64,000 bases of DNA from Bacteroidota bacterium (GTDB taxonomy: Bacteria; Bacteroidota; Bacteroidia; Cytophagales; Cyclobacteriaceae): assembly GCA_039026865.1 (NCBI GenBank), contig JBCCLN010000001.1:1011-65010 (forward strand). Direction: 5' to 3'. Positions 18,641 through 29,061 of this stretch are shown in pieces (within the stretch, counting starts at the first letter, position 1; each line of letters opens with the position of its first letter). Below the pieces are notes generated by a model. That model did no database searches. It was given only the letters and a program-made list of their open reading frames with translations, and had not been told where the DNA came from. Position numbers and translations under genes: made by a program.

Positions 18641-19324
18641 TTATTTATCCGATATGACTTCCAATATCCAACAAGCAATAGCATAAACTATTTCTTCTGC
18701 CTCTCCTACCAATTCTTGCTGAGTACAATCTAACTTTGTTTTATGTTGGTTCTTGGTGCGGTAAAATGCACCCACTATACCTTTTCCAGGATTTTTACGA
18801 TACACCTTATATACTTCTTCATATTGTTTAAAAAGCCCAACTGCACAATTTTCACCTTTTTTCAATCCGGGCTTTGATCTACACACAGTCTCGGCAATAA
18901 TAGTTTTAACACAGTCTTTTACATGCTTCTGTGTAGTTAATATATTGGATATTTTTTGCTTTTCTGTTAAATTTTTTGAACATACATAGTTATCAAAGCA
19001 GTCTTTAATTTTCTTAAACATATTAATGTATTCAATACAGTGATTTAGCGTCATATCATACTCAAACATAGGAGATTTTTTAATTGCAAGTTCACAAATC
19101 AATGATTGGTCAATACGTACTAACAATTCATATAAATAATCATTTACCTGAATAAACCAATCATTTAGCATTATTTGATTATATTCTATTTGATACATAA
19201 ATGTCGTCTCCGGAGGGACAGATATTCGATCGCTTAGACAAACCGCATCAAGTAAATTGTTAACAATTACGTGAATGGGTAGTTGACTTTTTTTTGTAAA
19301 AAGTTTTTGTAAAAAATTAACCAT
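18641..19324 (-). CDS. Hypothetical protein in an AT-rich insert (moron-like)
   Basis: 227 aa with Cys/Ile/Lys-rich composition; the DNA is visibly more AT-rich than neighbouring genes. Confidence 0.6.
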   Translation of the reverse strand: MVNFLQKLFTKKSQLPIHVIVNNLLDAVCLSDRISVPPETTFMYQIEYNQIMLNDWFIQVNDYLYELLVRIDQSLICELAIKKSPMFEYDMTLNHCIEYINMFKKIKDCFDNYVCSKNLTEKQKISNILTTQKHVKDCVKTIIAETVCRSKPGLKKGENCAVGLFKQYEEVYKVYRKNPGKGIVGAFYRTKNQHKTKLDCTQQELVGEAEEIVYAIACWILEVISDK

Positions 19325-19491
19325 TTATCCGTCTTAAAGGTATACAAGTACAAACGTAATTATAGACAAACAAAAATTATTAATTGTAATATTTACTCGC
19401 ACTTTAATTTCATGTTGTAATATCGTTAAGAAATCATTTATGCAGCATAATTCCCCTTCACAAAAAAGAATCAACAACAAAAAGAAAAAAC

Positions 19492-19653
19492 CTATGTCGG
19501 CTCCATCACCACTACCCCATTTACCTCCCCCATTCGCTGGGGTCTGGTGGTGACTGAGATGTCCAAGATAAAACATTCGGCAGTCAGAAAATCACGCATG
19601 TATTCTTTACCAGATGCAGCCTTGCCTGCTAGTATAATTCTACATTTTCTCAC
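19492..19653 (-). pseudogene. Truncated guanylate kinase-like gene (not in the ORF track)
   Basis: GTG at 19653: MRKCRIILAGKAASGKEYMRDFLTAECFILDISVTTRPQRMGEVNGVVVMEPT*. It has a P-loop and the S.TTRP.R.GE..G motif of guanylate kinases, and stops after 53 aa. Confidence 0.75.
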
Positions 19654-19693
19654 CGATTGTTAAAATTTTTCGCATCAATAAAATATATCATCC

Positions 19694-20281
19694 TTAAACT
19701 TGCCCGGTTTCCCTTAACCCTTTACATTTTCTTAGCTTACCCTTCATACATTCAGCCACAATCTTTTCTCTTAATTTCATCTGCCGGTAAAGTTCAGGGG
19801 CCACTCGCCTGATATAATCCATATTTTTCTGATAGTCCTGTAATTCACCCCACCTTGACGCAGACTCCCACCGGCTATGGCACCCCTCAGAACCATTCTG
19901 CCTGATAAGGCAGTGATAGGTAATGTTATCTTTCACAATCACAAAATCCTGGCTCCAAGATCTACGAATAATATGGCTGTGAGATAAATTTTGAGTGTTA
20001 CCACATCCGGTGCATATATGGGGACGCTCAAGCGCAATCTCTCTGTATACGTTAGCTAACTCCCGCTCTATTGTCTGCTGCTTCTCACTCTTGGGCTTTA
20101 CCGATGAAGCCTTTTTAACCTTCCCCTTAAGCAGCAACGCTGCCTTTTTATACTTTTCCGCTAAGGCACCTTCCCCATGTAACCGGGTGTAATTGCATTG
20201 CTGGCATAGGTAGTGTCGTTTGTTAACGATATACCTAGTCTGCCCACATTCACCCTTACACTTTCCCAATTCTCTTATCAA
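19694..20281 (-). CDS. Zn-binding HNH/NinG-like nuclease
   Basis: CKGEC...CQQC, CTGCG...SHSHII...NITYHC...GCHSRWE. Confidence 0.6.
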   Translation of the reverse strand: MIRELGKCKGECGQTRYIVNKRHYLCQQCNYTRLHGEGALAEKYKKAALLLKGKVKKASSVKPKSEKQQTIERELANVYREIALERPHICTGCGNTQNLSHSHIIRRSWSQDFVIVKDNITYHCLIRQNGSEGCHSRWESASRWGELQDYQKNMDYIRRVAPELYRQMKLREKIVAECMKGKLRKCKGLRETGQV

Positions 20282-20337
20282 TTATCTTGGCTTGCGCTTC
20301 TTTTTGCGCTTTCTTTCCCACAACTTATCTAACCCTT

Positions 20338-20871
20338 TTATTCGTCACCAGCTATATATGCCCCTGCATTCAGCTTCTCAGAAGTTACCTCTCCTTGCAG
20401 CTTAGGAATATTTTCTTTAAAAAATTCACTCACCAACTTTCTCCACTCTGTCCAGTACTCAGGTCCCAAAAAGTCAAGACCGTAGATGAAAACCCCTCTA
20501 ACACCATAATTTTCATAGGCTTTTTTGAGCTTTTTAAATTGGTTCACCTTTACTGGGTTGGTCTCGTAGACGATGTAGAAAAGGGTAGGATCTATCACAC
20601 CTCCGTTGTAATCCTTCATTCCACCCTCAAGTAGCGTCTGGCCCGAAGACTTACGAAGTTCTTTTTTTCTTGACACTTCAGGCAGATTCTTGGAAATGTG
20701 TCTGATACATTCCATGGCCACTTTATTGCGAAGCTTTCTTGAATGCTTATAATTCCTTTTTGTATCTTCTAATAATGCTTCAACGGTCATCAGCCTCTCA
20801 GGGTCAGAGGAATTACCTGTACCTTCATCAAATCCTTTTGGTGCCCCTGCTTTATTTTCCCTTGCCATCAT
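20338..20871 (-). CDS. Hypothetical protein
   Basis: Co-oriented ORF overlapping the upstream gene. Confidence 0.65.
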   Translation of the reverse strand: MMARENKAGAPKGFDEGTGNSSDPERLMTVEALLEDTKRNYKHSRKLRNKVAMECIRHISKNLPEVSRKKELRKSSGQTLLEGGMKDYNGGVIDPTLFYIVYETNPVKVNQFKKLKKAYENYGVRGVFIYGLDFLGPEYWTEWRKLVSEFFKENIPKLQGEVTSEKLNAGAYIAGDE

Positions 20872-22417
20872 TTTTCAAATACCACTTCCCATTTATGTAA
20901 TTAATTAAAGTCCTCTTTCCATTCCTATAGGTGATACAGTCCGTATGTAGCCACCCCAATGGCCCCCTGGTGTAACCTAGTGGAATAATACAATTCACCC
21001 CTACTTGGTAGCAGTCATTCAGGATAGATGGCGAGTGCGCATGACCGATAGTCGTTTTTACACCTATCTTAGATAAGTTAGTCGAGCTGCCTCTGGAACC
21101 ATTCGGCCCCACATCTCCGTGCATTCCGTAGTCTATTCCCCTAATAACTTCTGCCACATCACGTTTTAAAAATCGGATATTATGATCTGAAGGCGTGATA
21201 AATTCACTTATGGCAAACTCAAGCATATTCATAAATGAGAACCCGTTACCAGTTTTTACGGCTGACTCATGCTTTTTATGGCTGAGCCAGTGAAAATAAG
21301 AGGCATTAATGCCTAGCTTATCTACCTTCTCCTCGTTTAGCCAACGATCCAACGCTTCATCGTGATTTGAGACCACAATACCTAACTCGTATTTATCACT
21401 GGAAAGAGACGTTAAAAACTTGGCAGCCCCTCGCATTTCATCTCTTACACTTTGCATATCATCTAAATTCTTGGCGTAGTTCAGAAACCGGTCATTTCGG
21501 ACATGATGATTTCTGGCCCAAAAATCAATCAGGTCATGCAAGTAAACCTTATCCGGCTTTAATTGGGATATGAGTTCTTTTGATGCGTTAATAACACTTT
21601 CATCGACCCATGGGTAATGAATATCTCCTTTGGTTAGTACTTCAATACTTTGCCTCTTTTCGATCCCATCGGGTGAGTATTTCCAACACTTGCCCCCTGC
21701 AATATCATAAAAAGTTCCGTTATCTTCGGCCTCGATGTGTCGTAGGTGAAAAATTTCGTTATTTACCACTTCCACAACTACTGCACCGATCTTATGATGG
21801 TACTGCCCTTTCTCCCCCGCCTTACTACGCGAGTAGTTTTTCTCCGTTATTGCTCCTGTGGTAGTTAAGATCTTTGGCATTTTACTACCTGGCGTGGGTA
21901 CCGTCTTGAGGTGTATCTTGGGGTGTGGGAAGATCCCAGATTTATCACCTGTATGACTATCATATCCACTCAGTGGAGCTACGGAAGTAGGTTGAGTACG
22001 CGCAGGATAGATCACTAGATTTTCGTTAAGCGTTCTTTCAGTATCCAATAAGAACGGCTGTATCTCACTTGTCCACCATAGATCCCTTACGTGACGGTGA
22101 TCCGCAGCGTCTTCTTGCGTTTTTGGGTTCCTGTATAGTCCTTTGAAGCAGATAAGTTCAGCCCTCCAATGATGGAGGTAATTCATCAATGCACCATAAA
22201 AACCTTTATGCACTTGCGTTGCATTTTGAGCATAGGTCACCACGAAGCGATTAACATTTTTATTAACGTTCTGTGGCCTTTGATACCAACGGTAAAGGGT
22301 TCTTACAGGAACACCTAAATTCCTAGCCGCTTGGGGAACGCTGCCTCCAAATTCCTGAATTTTTTTTACTACTGTCCCGTGAGACATAGTTATCCGCCGA
22401 TAATTTCCTCTACTCAA
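20852..22417 (-). CDS. T5 A1-like protein: N-terminal HTH plus metallophosphoesterase/nuclease domain
   Basis: HTH (AARNLGVPVRTLYRW); FVVTYAQNATQVH, PHPKIHLKTVP, TTTGAITEKNY; metallo motifs GDIH, HDLIDF, SNHD, HGD, GHAHSP. Confidence 0.7.
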   Translation of the reverse strand: MSRGNYRRITMSHGTVVKKIQEFGGSVPQAARNLGVPVRTLYRWYQRPQNVNKNVNRFVVTYAQNATQVHKGFYGALMNYLHHWRAELICFKGLYRNPKTQEDAADHRHVRDLWWTSEIQPFLLDTERTLNENLVIYPARTQPTSVAPLSGYDSHTGDKSGIFPHPKIHLKTVPTPGSKMPKILTTTGAITEKNYSRSKAGEKGQYHHKIGAVVVEVVNNEIFHLRHIEAEDNGTFYDIAGGKCWKYSPDGIEKRQSIEVLTKGDIHYPWVDESVINASKELISQLKPDKVYLHDLIDFWARNHHVRNDRFLNYAKNLDDMQSVRDEMRGAAKFLTSLSSDKYELGIVVSNHDEALDRWLNEEKVDKLGINASYFHWLSHKKHESAVKTGNGFSFMNMLEFAISEFITPSDHNIRFLKRDVAEVIRGIDYGMHGDVGPNGSRGSSTNLSKIGVKTTIGHAHSPSILNDCYQVGVNCIIPLGYTRGPLGWLHTDCITYRNGKRTLINYINGKWYLKNDGKGK

Positions 22418-22519
22418 TATCCTGCCTTTTGTGTCTTTCTACTAACTTGAATATTATCACTTTTAACACAATCATAAAATCAATGTATACCGCAATTCCT
22501 TCTAAAATTTTATCATTTT

Positions 22520-25500
22520 TTAAATTATTTCCAGTTCCGTCTTAGCATAACTCATTAAAGCGTTATTATCCATATAGTCGTCGTATACGATCTTGGCATT
22601 TACTACCACAATACGCCCTTGAGAGTTAATTACCTCGTCTCTGTAGCCCCCCCACACGTCAGGCCAAATTGTCATAAGGATGAGGTCTTCATTAGACTGT
22701 ATGGTCAGCTTACCCATTGGTCCGTGCTTTGTTGGATATTCTTTCACTTTATTAATGCTGCCACAGGCCACATAGAGTTTATTCCGTTTATTTTCATCAT
22801 CGATAGTAGCAGGGTCAAGCAAGGACAAATTTTTGTGTTTCTTAGATGATTGTGAACTGTAATACACATTTTTGTAATTGATAGTCCCTAGTCCACTCAT
22901 CTCAATTTGCTTGCTACTCCAAAAGAAATTCTTAGTGATTTGATCTTTGGGGTACTCGTGCCCATTGATGGCGTGATGTAGATAGTTATGATACGTTTTC
23001 AAAATACCATACCTGTCCGAAAGCTGATCTATACCTTCAATTTCATCGAAACACCCTGACAAAATCATGTGCATGATCTGCTTTTTATTAATGGTTTTTG
23101 TCTTCATCCGGTCAACAAAGCCTAGGAAGCTATCATATAAACCATTCTCCTCTCTATCTTTAACGATCTCTTTCACCCCTTTTTCACCTACAAAACGTAT
23201 TCTGCTTAGCGACCAATAAATTTTACCTCGCTGAAAATCCGTCTTGAATCTTACATGACTGTAATTAATATTCGGTGGCACAATGTTCACCTCTTCCAGT
23301 TTATTAATTTCGGCAATGAGCGCCCTAAGTTTTTCATCTTTAGCAAATTGAAGTGCTGAAGTGTAGAAATAAATCGGGTAGTTGGCTTTAAGCCATGCGC
23401 TACGATAAGCCATAATAGTGTAACACACTGCATGAGATTTGTTAAATCCATATCCGGCCCCTTTCTCTATCTTATTCCAGATCTGAAGTGCTACAAATTC
23501 ATCACATCCATTTTTCACCGCTCCTTCAATGAACTTGCGTTTATACGAATCCATCAGTTCCTTGATTTTTTTACCCATTGCCTTTCGCACACCATCCGCT
23601 TCAACGTGTGAGAAGCCCGCAATCACCCGGGTAGCCTCCATCACCTGTTCCTGATAAATCATAATCCCATAAGTACTCTTGGTAACTTCTTCCAACCTCC
23701 AGTCATACACTGGTTCCATTTCTCCCGCTTTTAACTTCACATAATCATTATGCGCGTCAATATCCATAGTGGCTGGGCGATATAATGCATTCGCTGCTGT
23801 GAGGTCGTCAATACAGGTAGGCTTCATCTCCATGATGTATTTAGTCATTCCTTCTCCATTAAACTGAAAGATGTCTTGTGTCACTCCATATTGGAAAAGC
23901 TCATAAACTTTAGGATCGTCCAAAGGAAGGTAATCTAAATCAACTTTTTTGCCCGTCTGCTCTTGAATCATCTTAACCATATAATGCTGCTTATCAAGCG
24001 CATCAGAGGCTAGTATATCTTCTTTCAAAAAACCTGCTAACTCAACCATACCTCCCTCCCATTCAGAAATCAAAGTATCATCATGAACACGTAAAGGCAA
24101 CCAATCATAAGCTTCCATGGGCTTTGATTTATCTTTCTTGGGGGTAATCACCATTGCCGCCGGATGTATGGATTGTGACTTAGGCTGGCCGATCAATAAG
24201 CGCATCGGCTCAATCACCCCAGGGTAATCATTTACAAAAGCTTTTAACTTCTTATTGTGCTGACACTCCATAAAGAATTCAGGCATATTCATTTTGATAG
24301 CCTCCTTATCTGAAATCCCTTTGGATAAAGAATTCATCAACTTTGTGTCCACGCCTTTCACTCTGGCAATGTCTTTCATTGTCGCCTTGATTCTCAGGGT
24401 GGTAAACATACCAATAGCAAATACATGATCTTTCCCGTAACGATCACGCATATATTCTTTTACCTCTTGCCTTCGTTCAGATTCCAAATCCACATCAATA
24501 TCTGGAAGGCCCGAGGAAACCCGTTTCTCATTCAGGAACCGTTCAAAGATCAAACCATATTTAATGGGGTCTACGCTAGTAATGCCAAGCAGATAGGAAA
24601 TCAGCGAACCCGCCGCAGATCCTCGACCGGGGCCCACGTAGATATCACGCTGCTTACACCAGTTAATGAGATCCCAAAGGATAAGAAAATAATCTACAAA
24701 ACCTCGGTCATTTCCAGTAGCCTCAGAAGCAATATCTCGAATAACTCTAATTTCCCTTTCCAGGCGCTCATTATAGAGATTTTCCTTCCCTTTAGGAACT
24801 TTTTGGTCGAAGCTATCATCTAGTAAGGCTTCGAACAAATCATTTTGGCCCGCAAACTCGGCTTTCTCTCTTGTAGTCATTTCATATACAGGAAGATGAA
24901 GGGAGGATGTAGCTATTTTCACTTTTGCCCGCTCCGATATCCAAACCGTATTCCCCGCAGCTCGTTCAACTAATCTTTCTAATCGGTTCAAATCATTAGC
25001 CCTGAAAAGAGCCTGTAATTGGTTGTAGTGATCCTCAAAGTGTTTGAAGTATTGATCCTTACTAAGATAATGCGAGGCGCCGGTATCAATTTTATTCAAA
25101 AGCTTTTTTACTTCAAAGTCATCCTTATCCAGGTAGTAAGTGTCAGATAGTAGCACGGGAGCCAACTTCCAATCAGGATAAGTATCCAGGTATTCCTTCG
25201 CATATCCAAGGTGGTCCGCATCTATTTGGTTATGAAGAAACTCACTAACATCTAGCTGATAAAATGCCTCATCAAAATGAATGCTCATCAAATCTGCTGT
25301 GTTTCGCTCAGGTATCCAACACTTACCAAAAACAAAAACATTTCCTTCTCCATAGTTTGATAGTTCGGGAAGGGTGATATATGGATCTTTCCATCTGTCT
25401 ACATTCAATAATTTACTGATACGCAATAGGCCTGCCCATCCTTGCTGAGTGGTGGCGTACACCTTAACCTCATTTTTCTTCCCCTCATGAAGCACATCCA

Positions 25501-26032
25501 TTGACATACCAAAAATAGGCTTGATGCCCGCCTCAACCGCAGCTACCTGGAAGGGTAACGTACCGGCTAGTGTATGCTTTTCACAAATACCCAAAGCATC
25601 CATTCCGTAAAACTTGGCTTTCTTGCACCACATGGCGTAGTCCATAGACCCATTCAGCAATTCATACTTGCCGTGCACACCCAAATTAGTATAAGCTTTG
25701 TATACTTCATAATTCGGTTCGCCAATGTATTTAAATAAATTCATTTCGGCCGGCGATGCCTTGCATGGCGTGTAGTAGAAGCAGCGTCCAAAAAGATATA
25801 CAATGAAGGCTATGCCATCTTCGGTCAGTTCCTCTTCATCAGTATCCTGCAAAATAAGGTCCATATTTTTATCAAAGACGGCTTCATCGCCATTATCAAA
25901 AACATAGAACTTACCAACGCTATTGATTTCCAACACATCATCTTCAATCCAGTCAACTTTTAAGCGATGATCATAAATCCAGTCTTTTAGCCCTTCTCTC
26001 ATTGCAAGGTTCTTACTCATTTGGGATACCAA
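22520..26032 (-). CDS. dnaE: DNA polymerase III alpha subunit (family C)
   Basis: VGPGRGSAAGSLISYLLGIT, LIFERFLN, PDIDVD, HPAAMVI, GIMIYQEQVM, YGFNKSHA, N-terminal PHP-like region, C-terminal OB fold. Confidence 0.96.
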   Translation of the reverse strand: MVSQMSKNLAMREGLKDWIYDHRLKVDWIEDDVLEINSVGKFYVFDNGDEAVFDKNMDLILQDTDEEELTEDGIAFIVYLFGRCFYYTPCKASPAEMNLFKYIGEPNYEVYKAYTNLGVHGKYELLNGSMDYAMWCKKAKFYGMDALGICEKHTLAGTLPFQVAAVEAGIKPIFGMSMDVLHEGKKNEVKVYATTQQGWAGLLRISKLLNVDRWKDPYITLPELSNYGEGNVFVFGKCWIPERNTADLMSIHFDEAFYQLDVSEFLHNQIDADHLGYAKEYLDTYPDWKLAPVLLSDTYYLDKDDFEVKKLLNKIDTGASHYLSKDQYFKHFEDHYNQLQALFRANDLNRLERLVERAAGNTVWISERAKVKIATSSLHLPVYEMTTREKAEFAGQNDLFEALLDDSFDQKVPKGKENLYNERLEREIRVIRDIASEATGNDRGFVDYFLILWDLINWCKQRDIYVGPGRGSAAGSLISYLLGITSVDPIKYGLIFERFLNEKRVSSGLPDIDVDLESERRQEVKEYMRDRYGKDHVFAIGMFTTLRIKATMKDIARVKGVDTKLMNSLSKGISDKEAIKMNMPEFFMECQHNKKLKAFVNDYPGVIEPMRLLIGQPKSQSIHPAAMVITPKKDKSKPMEAYDWLPLRVHDDTLISEWEGGMVELAGFLKEDILASDALDKQHYMVKMIQEQTGKKVDLDYLPLDDPKVYELFQYGVTQDIFQFNGEGMTKYIMEMKPTCIDDLTAANALYRPATMDIDAHNDYVKLKAGEMEPVYDWRLEEVTKSTYGIMIYQEQVMEATRVIAGFSHVEADGVRKAMGKKIKELMDSYKRKFIEGAVKNGCDEFVALQIWNKIEKGAGYGFNKSHAVCYTIMAYRSAWLKANYPIYFYTSALQFAKDEKLRALIAEINKLEEVNIVPPNINYSHVRFKTDFQRGKIYWSLSRIRFVGEKGVKEIVKDREENGLYDSFLGFVDRMKTKTINKKQIMHMILSGCFDEIEGIDQLSDRYGILKTYHNYLHHAINGHEYPKDQITKNFFWSSKQIEMSGLGTINYKNVYYSSQSSKKHKNLSLLDPATIDDENKRNKLYVACGSINKVKEYPTKHGPMGKLTIQSNEDLILMTIWPDVWGGYRDEVINSQGRIVVVNAKIVYDDYMDNNALMSYAKTELEII

Positions 26033-26244
26033 TGATATTTCTCGCCTCGATTTGATTTCTCCATCATCATATCTTCTACTCTTTGAGCTACTCCCACATG
26101 CTCTTCAATCAATAGTGGTAGTAAATATTCTCTTATTTGCTCCCTTTGCTGGCGGAAATTTTTGGGGCACTGAGAACGAATAACTCCTTCAATTTTTTCG
26201 CCTTTTACCCAAAATTCATAGCCACATTTTTTTTCTTCTTCCAC
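26017..26244 (-). CDS. Hypothetical protein
   Basis: Tightly packed between primase and dnaE. Confidence 0.55.
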   Translation of the reverse strand: MEEEKKCGYEFWVKGEKIEGVIRSQCPKNFRQQREQIREYLLPLLIEEHVGVAQRVEDMMMEKSNRGEKYHWYPK

Positions 26245-26245
26245 T

Positions 26246-27262
26246 TTATTTTAATGTTTTAATTGCCACTTTTTCAATACCATAATCAATCGGATGGTAA
26301 AGGCTATTTAAAACCCTCTCTATCTCTTCCACACTCAGGTCACCTGCGTCCTTCTCACTACCATTTTCATCTTTAAAATCTATATACCCAACAAGTACAT
26401 CGAAATACTTATTCAGCTCTTTCGATTTATACTTTGTCATACCTGTAGCGTCTGGATCAAACAAAATGATCAATTGCTTTACGCCCTTCGCCTGTAGCCA
26501 ATACACTTGCTCGTCACTGATCTTTTTGCCAAATGTGCAAACACACTTTAACTGATCCACATCATACAACAATAATTGTCTGGTAAGATTATGAACATCA
26601 AAAGCCCCCTCTACCAAAATCACACTGCTGGTCCGGCCTTCAATCAACTGGTCATAACCATATAGCATTTTAGCCATTTCATTACCGGTAGAGTTTTTAT
26701 ATCTTGGAATCAAGTAACCCTCTTTTGCTTTTTTTACCGTCGTATTATGCTGGTCTATCTTCCACTTAGGCCACACATGTCTGCAAACGTATCCGGTTAT
26801 TCTGCCATGCATATAAACAGGGAGGATCACATAATCTTTATATTTCCAATGCCTGGACCTTCCCCCTTCGAAGTAGAAATAATCATCATCATTCCAACCC
26901 CTCGAATCCAGGTAGTCATCACCGGCTACACGCCTGTAACCGATAGGCAAATTTTCGGTGGGTAAGTCAAGATCTAGTCCCTTTGACTCATTTTTAAACA
27001 GCAAATAATTATCTACTAAGTCCGTCTCAAAATCTGGGCCGCGAAGTAAATCTAGGCGCCCTAGTAGATGTAACAGCTTCCAGGCACCCCCCGATGCTGC
27101 GCACTTAAAGCACTGCCAGGGAAAAAGATCTTTTACAATTGAAACACCTAACTTTGCCTTAGCACCACAGATTGGGCAATCAGCGATGATATTCTTGCGC
27201 CTACTATCGTAAGAGACGTTATCCAAGATGTCGGCAAAGTCTTTGTCCGTGAGTGAATACAT
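26246..27262 (-). CDS. DNA primase (Zn finger plus TOPRIM)
   Basis: CPIC...CFKC Zn ribbon; ILVEGAFDV, FDPDATG, KDAGD. Confidence 0.9.
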   Translation of the reverse strand: MYSLTDKDFADILDNVSYDSRRKNIIADCPICGAKAKLGVSIVKDLFPWQCFKCAASGGAWKLLHLLGRLDLLRGPDFETDLVDNYLLFKNESKGLDLDLPTENLPIGYRRVAGDDYLDSRGWNDDDYFYFEGGRSRHWKYKDYVILPVYMHGRITGYVCRHVWPKWKIDQHNTTVKKAKEGYLIPRYKNSTGNEMAKMLYGYDQLIEGRTSSVILVEGAFDVHNLTRQLLLYDVDQLKCVCTFGKKISDEQVYWLQAKGVKQLIILFDPDATGMTKYKSKELNKYFDVLVGYIDFKDENGSEKDAGDLSVEEIERVLNSLYHPIDYGIEKVAIKTLK

Positions 27263-27392
27263 TACTTTTAAAATCTAAAAAATAATTGACTCTGTATTAC
27301 GAAAAGCTTATTTTTCACTTGCCACCTTATTAGGAATTATAGAGTATATCCCTTGTTCTGGTGCTCATATTCCAAAATCACTCTTCCTATTT

Positions 27393-28757
27393 CTATGCTG
27401 TCATTGACATCATAGTTCTCTTTTTATCATAAAATCGCTCATGGCCATACTTGGTACATATATCAAAAGAAAATCCTGCTTTTGTATACCTTGATTTGTC
27501 AATGAATAATCGCGCCATTTCATCCTCTAACTCTTCCCTGGTTCGATTGATCGTGATAAGCCAAGTTGCTGGTTTTATAATGCCTTTTGCTTCTGACACA
27601 TTGTAACGGGTAAGCACAAACGTTGGTTCATTCAATTTCTCAGGGTCCACTAACCCCGCTTGTGTTGCTGCAAAAACAACACAATGTAATTCTTTAGAAA
27701 TGTCCATCAGCTCGTTGGCAATTTTCATTCGCTTATGGCGCTCATCTTTTGGTGCCCAATCTCTTCGATCCGCAGTATCTAATAATTCCAGATAGTCTAA
27801 AACCAGCACATCAATTTTCTTGTCACTGGTTTTTTCAATATCCAGAATCATCTTGCGTACATCAGCGGTCGAAGCACTTTCTCCAAACTTCTCGTAGGCT
27901 TTAACAAAGATTTCTCCTTTAACCTTTTTATTAATGTAAAAATCATAGCTTTCCAATAGGTCAAGATCTAACAGCCCTGACTCTATGGTAGACATAGGCA
28001 CCCCCGTAATCGTTGCATCATACCCTATTAAAGTTTCATCCCTGGTACCTTCTAGCTGAACATGCAGTACATTTAATCCAAGCTTTGCGTTATGAGCACC
28101 TAGATGACGAAGACATTTCGTCTTTCCACCACCGGAAGATCCCATCACAACCACTAGGTTCCCCTTTTTCTTGCTTAAGCCGCCTGAGAGATGGTCTAGA
28201 AAATCTATTCCAAAGTAGGCTTTTTGTTCAGGTAAGTCATCTTCCAAGACCCGATTAGCTCTTGCCTGTAGAGAGCGATTGGTAAACCCACCCATCACCC
28301 GGTCATAAGTGTTCCCTTTCAATGAAAGATTATTAAGATCTTCACAAAGAGTCTGCAAGATCTTCAGCGCTTCTTTCTTGCCCTTCTCTCCTTTGTTATA
28401 GGCTACCCCTATCTTCTCATATCCAGTAACAAACATACTCTTTCGAATATACTCCTCAAGTTGGTCTGAAAGTTCATCAGGCGTGTTATCTACTTCGGTA
28501 TCCCTTATTTTCTCCAGTAAATCAAAGATATCATCATCATCTTCGAATTTCTGAAAAAGCATACCAATGGACATAGACTTGCCATAGGTAAGCCAGTGTT
28601 TCCTCAAGGCATTAAAAATAAACCGATAATCGTCATCTGGAAGTAGCTCCTCTCTTACATGATCAACCATGGTCGCCATCATGTCCTTATTGCGAAGCGC
28701 CAGGCCAATCACCTCATTAACTAAATTTTTATTAAAATGATGCTTCTTTTCTCTCAT
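27393..28757 (-). CDS. Replicative helicase (DnaB/T4 gp41-like)
   Basis: Walker A GSSGGGKT, QLEG, VLDYLEL, AATQ, DKSRY. Confidence 0.9.
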   Translation of the reverse strand: MREKKHHFNKNLVNEVIGLALRNKDMMATMVDHVREELLPDDDYRFIFNALRKHWLTYGKSMSIGMLFQKFEDDDDIFDLLEKIRDTEVDNTPDELSDQLEEYIRKSMFVTGYEKIGVAYNKGEKGKKEALKILQTLCEDLNNLSLKGNTYDRVMGGFTNRSLQARANRVLEDDLPEQKAYFGIDFLDHLSGGLSKKKGNLVVVMGSSGGGKTKCLRHLGAHNAKLGLNVLHVQLEGTRDETLIGYDATITGVPMSTIESGLLDLDLLESYDFYINKKVKGEIFVKAYEKFGESASTADVRKMILDIEKTSDKKIDVLVLDYLELLDTADRRDWAPKDERHKRMKIANELMDISKELHCVVFAATQAGLVDPEKLNEPTFVLTRYNVSEAKGIIKPATWLITINRTREELEDEMARLFIDKSRYTKAGFSFDICTKYGHERFYDKKRTMMSMTA

Positions 28758-28763
28758 TCACTA

Positions 28764-29027
28764 TCACCATAATTCTTGCATTTCTTCTTTTGAACAGGTT
28801 TTGATTTCAATGATTTGATCTAAATTCTTCACGGGTAAATAGCCGCCAGCCTTGCATATTGCTAAACCATATTTCGATTTACAAACCTGTTCAAGATACT
28901 TCTTTTTAAAAACTCGCTGAAAAGGAAGTAATTCAATATCACCTGCATTTTTTACTAGTAGGCGCCAGGTAGGGGCTTCTTTCGGCATTCCTTCAAAACG
29001 AAACTTTACAAGGGTATAATGCTTCAT
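28764..29027 (-). CDS. Hypothetical protein
   Basis: Co-oriented, 6 nt from the helicase start. Confidence 0.6.
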   Translation of the reverse strand: MKHYTLVKFRFEGMPKEAPTWRLLVKNAGDIELLPFQRVFKKKYLEQVCKSKYGLAICKAGGYLPVKNLDQIIEIKTCSKEEMQELW

Positions 29028-29061
29028 ATAAGCTGGTAAAAATAAAAGTATACATTAACTA

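Noticed and set aside
19334-19576. 80 aa ORF from the track
   Set aside because: It overlaps the guanylate kinase stub in another frame and runs across the insert junction into low-complexity sequence.
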